From Acidobacteriota bacterium (GTDB taxonomy: Bacteria > Acidobacteriota > Blastocatellia > Pyrinomonadales > Pyrinomonadaceae): a stretch of DNA of 64,000 nucleotides. The number at the start of each line of letters is the position of its first letter. The first letter of the stretch is position 1. The position numbers and the translations under genes were made by a program. Below the pieces are notes generated by a model. It was not told the DNA's origin. It did not search any database and was given only the letters and a program-made list of their open reading frames with translations. The stretch is taken from positions 4,202-68,201 of the forward strand of contig JBKPAC010000100.1 in the NCBI GenBank assembly GCA_046726175.1. The letters are read 5' to 3'. Shown piece after piece: positions 36,482 through 43,665 of this stretch.

Positions 36482-39187
36482 CTATTGCCCGACGATTTTC
36501 AGGAGTAGTTCCTGCGCCTTTTCATAACGTGGTGCTGCTTCCAGTGCGCGCAACACAGCGCGTTTGGCTTCAGGCTGCCTGCCGAGCGAGTAGTAGGCCG
36601 TCGCGAGATTGTAGTTGGCTTCCGCTACGTTTGGCGGCTTCAACGCCAACGCTGCCTGGAATTCTGAGACGGCCCGTCCGTAATCTTTTGCATCCAGGCT
36701 CAGCTCTCCAGCCTGGCTATGGGCGGCGTAGTCGAACGGATTCACGTAAAAACTCAATCTCAATGTTTCGAGCGCCCGTACTCGGTTCCCCTGGGCCAGG
36801 CGCAAACGCGTTACTGACTTTAGCGCGTCCAAATTGTTCTCATCGTACTTCACTAACTGTTCAAGCACATCCGCCGCCTGCGCAACGTCGCCCTTCTTCT
36901 CCATCACACTGGCCAATAACTCATAAGGGTTACCCTCGCCAGTATAGTAGGGGAACAATTCGATAGCTCGTTTGAAGTGACGAACTGCTGCTTCCGTCTC
37001 ACCATCTGCCATCAGCAGGTTTCCCGCTCTCATGTGCAGCGCAAATGTGTCCTCGCTGGCGAGTAATTTGAGTACCTCATCTTTGTTCAAAGAGGCTGTG
37101 AGATTGGCTTCCGTTTTCAAGGCTGCCAGCAGCGGACGCGTCTTGCCTTCAAGATACTCTTTAAATGCACGATCAAACTGTTCCGGGGTTAGCTTGAATA
37201 CCTGAAGCAGCACCTCTGGCGTGTGAGCCTTGTCGCGATACAACGCGAGCATTCTGAGAATCGCATCGAATCCGAAACGATCAACTATGAACTCGCAGAC
37301 TTGTGAAGCTTGAAAGTATGCGACAGGGAGATCGTCAGGATTCCGAGGTCGTTGAAAGGCTGTGTCCAGATCCTCAATCTTGGACCACCGACCCTCAGCA
37401 AACGCGCGCAGAAACGCGGAGTTCCAATCATCTCCCCAACCAGGCCGAGCTCGACGCTCTTCGTAAACCGACAGTCCCTCTGTCAACCAACGCGGCACTC
37501 GATAATTGGTCATTTGCAGAGTGATCACATGAGTAAACTCATGCCACAGAGTGCTGCCCCAGTTGAACTCTCCTGTCTCTCGCGCAGACGGTGAATCCTG
37601 CGCTACGAGTGGACCAAAACAGACACCGAGCGCGCCGAGCCCCGGAAGACCAAGCGCGCGCACAGCAAAGTCCTCGTGGTTTTCGAACAGCTCAATGTAG
37701 ATTGGTCCCTGCGGTGTGAAGTGATACTTGGCTGTCAGCTTCGCCGCCGCCTCTTCGAGAAGATCTCCGGCGTAGATCGACAGCACATCGCTTTCTTTTG
37801 CTGACGCTTTGATAATGAATGGACCACGCTTCGTCTCTTTGAAGTCGGCCATCGTATCCAACAGGTCGAGCGTGTTCTTAGCCCACACATTGAACGGGTC
37901 GCCCTTGAAAGAAGTCTCGACAGCGGTGCGGCCTTCAGTCATTTGGCCTAATCGCAAGAGCGCCATTCCGAGGTTGAGATGAGCCGACCAAAGCCTTGGC
38001 GATAATTCGACCGCTCGACGAGCGAACTGCGCAGCTTGCTCAGTGCGCCGTGTTAGAGTAGCGAAGTGCGACAACGTGTTGAAGATTTCTCCATACCGCG
38101 GATTAATCGCGAGCGTGGCTGAGATTTCAGGTGCGGTGTCCTGATCTTGGAGGTAAAGCATCACGGCGCGCATCGAATGAGCTTCCAACGAACGCGGGTT
38201 GATTTTGAAAGCTTTATCGAGCTCGGCTGACGCTTCGGAGAATTCACCGGCTTGTAGCGCAAGACCAGCCTTGAACACACGAGCGCCGACGAAGTTTGGA
38301 TTTAATGCCAGCGCGCGGCCTATCGCCGGCAGCATTTCCTCGCTGCCTTCGAGCATTTTGTTGATCGCGAGATCGAGGTGAGCCCGAGCGCTGTTGGGGT
38401 TCACTTGGAGCGCGTCCACGTAAAACTGAGCGGCTTCGGCATAGTTGTATTTCTCGCTGAACAACTCTCCGGCTTCAAGTTGAGTTTCAAGCAGCGTTGG
38501 ATCTGCTTCGATGGCATTACGAAAGACATCGTTCGCGTCCTGAAATCTCTCGAGATGGACCAACGTTCGAGCGAGAAGGCTCAGCTCAGCGGCATTGTCA
38601 GGATCGTGTTCGCTGAAATACTTGACCACTGAGGCGAAGATTGCCTGCGCGCGATCTTCCTGACCCATTAGCCGCAACACTTCAGCACGCCGCAGATCGC
38701 TGTAGAGTTTTTTATCAATTGCAGCATTTGCTTTTTCCAGATTTGCGGCTGCGCGTTCGAGTTCAGCTACGGCTTCGGCGTAGCGACCGGTTTGGACATA
38801 GACCTCGGCCAATTGATGCTGGACGAGACCAGCATCGGCATTCTTTAGAAGAAACTTCTTTCCAGCGGTTTCGGCTTCCGTGTAGCGTCCCGTCTCCACA
38901 TAAGCACGCAGCAGATAGCTTTCCGCTTCGGCGTCATTAGGATTAGCTGTGAGGCGCGCGCTTAGAAGTTTCACCGCCTGCTCATAATCGCCCTTCTTGA
39001 GCTCCGGCAGCCCAGGTACGTCCTGGTTCTGCGTCTGCGCCCCAACGCGGGATGACAAAACCGCCGATGAAGTCGCCAGCAACAACAGTGCGACCCAACA
39101 CGCCAATCCACGAACTAACACGAAATCGGCGCTAGGATGAATTCGCCGGTGTTGGCTGCTTGATTTCGTGTTTTTTAGTGGATGCAT
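36482..39187 (-). CDS. TPR-repeat protein with embedded HExxH zinc-metallopeptidase-like domain (peptidase MA-like)
   Basis: Many TPR-like repeats flank WHEFTHVITLQ (HExxH). ATG 39187 is preceded by GGAGAAAAG. An alternative GTG at 39121 would give the signal peptide MLVRGLACWVALLLLATSSAVLSSRVGAQ. The first roughly 25 codons are encoded by a repeat hairpin. Confidence 0.7.
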   Translation of the reverse strand: MHPLKNTKSSSQHRRIHPSADFVLVRGLACWVALLLLATSSAVLSSRVGAQTQNQDVPGLPELKKGDYEQAVKLLSARLTANPNDAEAESYLLRAYVETGRYTEAETAGKKFLLKNADAGLVQHQLAEVYVQTGRYAEAVAELERAAANLEKANAAIDKKLYSDLRRAEVLRLMGQEDRAQAIFASVVKYFSEHDPDNAAELSLLARTLVHLERFQDANDVFRNAIEADPTLLETQLEAGELFSEKYNYAEAAQFYVDALQVNPNSARAHLDLAINKMLEGSEEMLPAIGRALALNPNFVGARVFKAGLALQAGEFSEASAELDKAFKINPRSLEAHSMRAVMLYLQDQDTAPEISATLAINPRYGEIFNTLSHFATLTRRTEQAAQFARRAVELSPRLWSAHLNLGMALLRLGQMTEGRTAVETSFKGDPFNVWAKNTLDLLDTMADFKETKRGPFIIKASAKESDVLSIYAGDLLEEAAAKLTAKYHFTPQGPIYIELFENHEDFAVRALGLPGLGALGVCFGPLVAQDSPSARETGEFNWGSTLWHEFTHVITLQMTNYRVPRWLTEGLSVYEERRARPGWGDDWNSAFLRAFAEGRWSKIEDLDTAFQRPRNPDDLPVAYFQASQVCEFIVDRFGFDAILRMLALYRDKAHTPEVLLQVFKLTPEQFDRAFKEYLEGKTRPLLAALKTEANLTASLNKDEVLKLLASEDTFALHMRAGNLLMADGETEAAVRHFKRAIELFPYYTGEGNPYELLASVMEKKGDVAQAADVLEQLVKYDENNLDALKSVTRLRLAQGNRVRALETLRLSFYVNPFDYAAHSQAGELSLDAKDYGRAVSEFQAALALKPPNVAEANYNLATAYYSLGRQPEAKRAVLRALEAAPRYEKAQELLLKIVGQ

Positions 39188-39240
39188 CTTTTCTCCACTA
39201 TCCACGAAACTACACGAAAATTAGTGTAATTTCGTGGATC
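39108..39240. repeat. Two adjacent CACGAA-word hairpins; the first overlaps the 5' end of the TPR-peptidase ORF
   Basis: tccacgaactaacacgaaatc pairs with gatttcgtgttttttagtggat (39108-39183). atccacgaaactacacgaaaattagtgtaatttcgtggat spans 39200-39240. Confidence 0.75.
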
Positions 39241-39265
39241 GGCTTTTGGCTATTCCTGCCGTACG

Positions 39266-40291
39266 TTACGAACCGCCGAGCTTTATGGCGCGATTCACTT
39301 TTGCTAACTCGATGAAAAGTTTCTCGAGTTGTTTCTCGTATTCCGCTTCCGGAAGGTCTCGTTTCCGCGCTATGAGTTGTTCCACTTCGCCCTCGAGCCG
39401 CGTGCGCTCGCGCAAGAGTTTTGCGGTTGCGGCGTTCGCCGCAGCCTGGGCCAGCGAGAACGAATCGAGATATGTCGCGCGCGCGAGCAGCCCATCGCCC
39501 GCTTCTGCCTTGTCATGGCCCACACCGTCTCCATTGTCTTCGAGTAGGGCATGTTCGGTTGCCAGCCTTCCGGCACGTCCATAGAACTCGGCAGTCAGCC
39601 TGTTCGCATAAGTAAAAGTCTCGAGCACGGAAACATGGCCGTCCTGATCGATGTCTGCATCGTTTGCACCAAGCGCGGCGATGAAGAACTCGGTGAATCG
39701 CGTTGCATTCTGTTCCTGCCCACTGCGAGTAGCGGTGATGACGATCCGTCCCTTTGCCGAAAGCGGTTTGATGAACTCGCCGCTGGCACTTGCCATGTTG
39801 AAGACGACGAGGCGGCGCGTCGGCAGAGCCGAGAACAGATTGTTGTAATCCGTCGCGGACAGATCTGGTCCAACGAGGTTGAATTTTGCTTCCCGGCCAT
39901 CGAATGAGCCATGTCCAATCAGGAAAACCAGCAGTGGCGTGTCGGCGTTAAGCTCTCCCCGCAACGCTGCAAATGTGCGCTTGACCTCATCGGCGGTGGC
40001 TCGCACACCTCCGGCTGCAGGATTCTCCGACAGCAGCTTTATGCGATCTTCAGCGAACCCAAACCGATCGATCAGCGCAGTACGAAGCTGAGTTGTCCAC
40101 TGCGCGAACTGTTTACCGTACGCCTCCTCTCCACTCGCTCCGTTAATGATGACCGCGTACTTGTTGCGATCCGCAGCCGGTTGGGATTTGACCGATTGAT
40201 TGTCGCCATTCTGAGCCGGCAGAGACGGTTTCTGGGCGTACACCCCGCCGAGCAAGAGAACCGAGATCAATAAGGTCAGGTAATATCGCAC
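39266..40291 (-). CDS. Peptidase C13 (legumain)-like secreted protein with His retained and catalytic Cys position occupied by Ser
   Basis: Signal peptide is present. YAVIINGASGEEAYGKQF, LLVFLIGHGSFDG and LVVFNMASASGEFI align by eye with the legumain blocks WAVLVAGSNG.., ..DHG.. and ..EACESGS. The C-terminus is a coiled coil. Confidence 0.5.
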   Translation of the reverse strand: MRYYLTLLISVLLLGGVYAQKPSLPAQNGDNQSVKSQPAADRNKYAVIINGASGEEAYGKQFAQWTTQLRTALIDRFGFAEDRIKLLSENPAAGGVRATADEVKRTFAALRGELNADTPLLVFLIGHGSFDGREAKFNLVGPDLSATDYNNLFSALPTRRLVVFNMASASGEFIKPLSAKGRIVITATRSGQEQNATRFTEFFIAALGANDADIDQDGHVSVLETFTYANRLTAEFYGRAGRLATEHALLEDNGDGVGHDKAEAGDGLLARATYLDSFSLAQAAANAATAKLLRERTRLEGEVEQLIARKRDLPEAEYEKQLEKLFIELAKVNRAIKLGGS

Positions 40292-40304
40292 TGTTTAAAA
40301 GCCT

Positions 40305-40374
40305 CTCAGTGCCCTCCGTGTCTCCGTGATGATATTGGGGAATAGGCACCACGGAGGCACGGAGGGCACGGAGA
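40305..40374. repeat. Inverted-repeat hairpin with CACGGAG-word arms
   Basis: ctcagtgccctccgtgtctccgtgatg ... caccacggaggcacggagggcacggag. Confidence 0.85.
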
Positions 40375-40379
40375 TTAGT

Positions 40380-42668
40380 TTAGGCCAGGCCTTCTCGTTT
40401 GCGGAGGAACCACTCCGCGCTTAGTAGACCAATAATAAGAACGAAGTTAATGGGCATATCCCACAATTGCTTCGTTGCTCGCTCGGAATAAGGCGTCCGG
40501 CGATAGGTCAGGTCGTCAAGAAGCGTTTGTGTGTCGCCAAGCTGGTAGTACTTCCCACCAGTTTCCGCGGCAATGCGTTTCAGTAGGTCACTGTTTTGGG
40601 CCGCGCTGTAAAACTCTCGATTGAGTTCGCTTACCAAAAATGTTGACTGCGCAGTAGCAGGCCCGTTAGTCGCGCTGGTCGCGTTCAATTCAAGTCGATG
40701 TTGGCCCAACTCGTCAGCCTTGAATTCTCCTGTATACGTATTCACGTCGTTCAAGGTCGTAAATTTCAAAGGAACGTCTACAGTACTCCCCGATGGCTTT
40801 GTTACTCGCGCTGTTGCTCGAGCATCGCTGACCGGATTGAAGCGCTTGTCTCTAATGTCCGCTACCAGACGGACGGTATCGTTAAGCGCAGCAACGTCGT
40901 TCTCCGCGGCGATCTCAACTTGTCTTGGTGATGCGCTAACTAGATAGCGCATCAACTGTCTCCAGAAGGTTTCATGTGCGTTACTTTTTGCATCCATCCT
41001 CATGCGCCACCGCCAAGTATCGGCAGCCGTGAATACGAGGCTCTGTCCGCGCCCGTACCTTTGTTGGACCAACAGCGGTACGCTGCGCGCAGAATTGTCA
41101 GTACGATACGCTTCCAACAGTATTGTTGCTCCCGGCTTTACGTTACTCAACGGCTCGGAAATCGAGATCAGTGGTAACTCAGTCCACGTTTTGGCGCTGA
41201 CTGATCGGTCGTCATTGAGTCGAGTGATCGGATGCGTTTGGCCGGTCGCAGTTAAGCGAGGCTTGTAGACCGGCGTGAACGAGTCAGCGATGTCGATTGC
41301 ACGGCCATCAAGAACGAGTGGCAACGCATCGGCGAGAGCCGTTCCCTGATATTTCCCCGCATCGAACGACAGACGACCGCCGATTGCGAGCAGTCCTCCA
41401 CCGCGCCTGGAAACAAAGGCCTCAATCTGCCGCAGCTGGTCCGACGTAAAGAAACTCGCTTCTACGCTGCCGAGAATCAATCCCTGGTACGCGAAGAGCT
41501 CTTCCTCCGTTTTCGGAAATCCCGTAGCGAGCTCGTCCTGACTAGCAATACCCTGCCGGTAGAATTTGTTCTCACCTGTGCGCTGCAACGATACGAGCGT
41601 CACGTTTTTTTCGCGAGGCTGAAGTGATTCCCGAATTTTACCGAGCTCCCAGCGAGGCTCGCCTTCGACATGCAGGACACGCAGCGGACCCTCGATGACT
41701 TCGACGAGCGATTCCTGCTTGTTGTTCTCGACAGTTACCTCACCATCGAGCGGTGTGATCTCCACGGCGTAGCGATGCCAGCCGGGGGTCGAAGGCACAA
41801 TCTCAATGCTGACCGTTTGCGTTTCATTGCCGCGAAGACTGACCTCTTCGGTCTTCACTGCGCGGCCATCTTCTTTTACTCCGATAAGAACTTTGGTAGC
41901 GCTGTAACCGCTCAAACTGACGAGCAATTCGAGATTTACTCTCGATCCGATTAGCACTCGTCGAGGTATGTTCAGACGCACGAGTTCGGCATCGATCGGA
42001 CGCGAGGTGCTGCCCACACCGACGGTAAAGACTGGAACATCGCGTGCTCGAAGGTCCCGCAAGATGGCGCTCAAATCGCGTGGCACATTGGTAGCGCCGT
42101 CCGTTGCTATCACAACAGCGGAGAGAGGAATGCCGGCTGAACGTCTGACAGTTTCACTGATTGCGCCGCCTACATCGCTGCTGCGGCCTTCGCCGTAAAG
42201 ATCGTCTCGGCTCTTCAAGCCGGTGAGCTCTGCAGCGAACCCGTAAAGCTCTGTTTTGAAGCGCTCTTCGAGTCGTTTCATAAACGGACTCTGATCAGCA
42301 AGCAGCGTTTGCTTGACTGCGTCGAGCCGACTCTGTCCGTTCGTATCCTGGAGTTTCATGCTCATCGAATCGTCAACAACCACGGCGACATAACTGCTTC
42401 GCGGAATTACTGACGACACGACAACCACCGGTCGTAACAGCATGAAGACGATTAGCGTAATCAGCGCGGTTCTTAGTAGCGCCAGTATCGCGGTGGTGGA
42501 TCTCGGGACACGAATTCGGCGGCGGATGTAGATGAAATAGATGAATGCCCCGAGCAGAATTGCGAACAGGATCAGGAGCAGGGGTCTTGGGCGCACGTCG
42601 AACCCGAAATGGCCATTCGTGAAGACGGCCCGCTCGTGCCCGAACAAGATTCGCGCCATCCGTTCCAT
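40380..42668 (-). CDS. VWA-domain membrane protein (BatB-like) with large C-terminal region
   Basis: The start is uncertain. ATG 42668 (MERMARILF...) was chosen because the longer ORF runs through a repeat hairpin. TM segments are present and VVVDDSMSM provides the MIDAS DxSxS motif. Confidence 0.65.
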   Translation of the reverse strand: MERMARILFGHERAVFTNGHFGFDVRPRPLLLILFAILLGAFIYFIYIRRRIRVPRSTTAILALLRTALITLIVFMLLRPVVVVSSVIPRSSYVAVVVDDSMSMKLQDTNGQSRLDAVKQTLLADQSPFMKRLEERFKTELYGFAAELTGLKSRDDLYGEGRSSDVGGAISETVRRSAGIPLSAVVIATDGATNVPRDLSAILRDLRARDVPVFTVGVGSTSRPIDAELVRLNIPRRVLIGSRVNLELLVSLSGYSATKVLIGVKEDGRAVKTEEVSLRGNETQTVSIEIVPSTPGWHRYAVEITPLDGEVTVENNKQESLVEVIEGPLRVLHVEGEPRWELGKIRESLQPREKNVTLVSLQRTGENKFYRQGIASQDELATGFPKTEEELFAYQGLILGSVEASFFTSDQLRQIEAFVSRRGGGLLAIGGRLSFDAGKYQGTALADALPLVLDGRAIDIADSFTPVYKPRLTATGQTHPITRLNDDRSVSAKTWTELPLISISEPLSNVKPGATILLEAYRTDNSARSVPLLVQQRYGRGQSLVFTAADTWRWRMRMDAKSNAHETFWRQLMRYLVSASPRQVEIAAENDVAALNDTVRLVADIRDKRFNPVSDARATARVTKPSGSTVDVPLKFTTLNDVNTYTGEFKADELGQHRLELNATSATNGPATAQSTFLVSELNREFYSAAQNSDLLKRIAAETGGKYYQLGDTQTLLDDLTYRRTPYSERATKQLWDMPINFVLIIGLLSAEWFLRKREGLA

Positions 42669-42727
42669 GCAAACGTTATTTGACCATACATGCCGCACCC
42701 GAGCGAGCATTTCGTTTACTGGGAGCG

Positions 42728-42794
42728 CGGGCGTCTCGCCCGCATCACCTTCAGTATCAGAGACTAAGCAGGCAAGACGCCCGCGCTCAGTGAC
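42728..42794. repeat. Hairpin, GGGAGCGCGGGCGTCTCGCCCGC family (copy 3)
   Basis: tactgggagcgcgggcgtctcgcccgc ... caagacgcccgcgctcagtga. Confidence 0.8.
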
Positions 42795-42930
42795 AGCATT
42801 TCGGTTAAGCAGCAATGCTCAAGCGGCTTCGTAGCAGCATAGATGCGCCGCTAGCGGGAATAGCAGCCCGCGGCCGGTTTTTCAGAAATGTGGAGAGGAT
42901 GGACCGTTTTTCGGTGCCTTCGAAGGAAGC

Positions 42931-43500
42931 CTAGGGGACTGCTGGCTTACGAATCTCGTAAATGACGTGTTCGACCACGCCTGAGGCGAGGATCCTTTGC
43001 TCGCGCCTATCGGTAAGAACGGCGCCGATGCGCTCGATGGCTTTGCGAGAACGAATGTTTGTCGAGCCAATCAGGAAGATCACGCTGTCCACGAATCTGA
43101 AAGCGTGTTCCAGCATCAGTTGCTTCATTTCAGCGTTGTACTTGCCACCCCAATGTGAGCGGGCCAGAAACGTCCAACCGATCTCGATCTCTCGTTTGAT
43201 TGGATCCAATCCGAAGTAGCGTGTGGAACCAATGACTGCCTGGCTCTTTCTGTCGATTACTACGAAGGCACTTCCGATTTCCAGCGCTTCTCGAAAGAAC
43301 TCTTTGAAGACTTCTTCCTTGTAACGATCGTTAGCAGGATGTTGCTCCCAGATGAGCGGATCGGAAGCAGCGGAGAATAGCGACTCCCAATCGTCAGGAC
43401 GCAGAGGTCGAATTTCGACGAGCCCTCCTACAAGATGGGGCTGCAGGTCGAACGCCTCTGTTTCTATTGCGTCTCGATGCAAACTTTCCTGACTTGTCAT
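42931..43500 (-). CDS. GNAT-family N-acetyltransferase (RimJ/RimL-like)
   Basis: 189 aa. The pattern IGWTFLARSHWGGKYNAEMKQLMLEHAF...NIRSRKAIERIGA is typical of Acetyltransf_3-like GNATs. Confidence 0.7.
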   Translation of the reverse strand: MTSQESLHRDAIETEAFDLQPHLVGGLVEIRPLRPDDWESLFSAASDPLIWEQHPANDRYKEEVFKEFFREALEIGSAFVVIDRKSQAVIGSTRYFGLDPIKREIEIGWTFLARSHWGGKYNAEMKQLMLEHAFRFVDSVIFLIGSTNIRSRKAIERIGAVLTDRREQRILASGVVEHVIYEIRKPAVP

Positions 43501-43550
43501 GCGTGTCGAATTCTATTTCTTTTCGTAGATCTTGTCTCGGATATCTCTTG

Positions 43551-43575
43551 TCTGATCCGCGTCCATCCGCGGCTA
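43551..43575. repeat. Solo half-copy of the GCCGCGGAT family (tctgatccgcgtccatccgcggct)
   Basis: It matches the right arm of the family only. I found no left arm nearby. Confidence 0.6.
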
Positions 43576-43665
43576 TCGCTTTACTCCAATCTCTAACCCT
43601 CGTAAGATCCACTCCGCACGCCGTAAATTCGTACCGCAAATCCGAAATACTGTAAGGAGGACGTC

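Noticed and set aside
42796-42930. A possible small RNA or terminator between the VWA gene start and the GNAT gene end (ccgcggccggttttt, ccttcgaagg).
   Set aside because: The stems are short (4-5 bp) or have unsuitably large or small loops, with no convincing U-run on the relevant strand. The evidence is insufficient.
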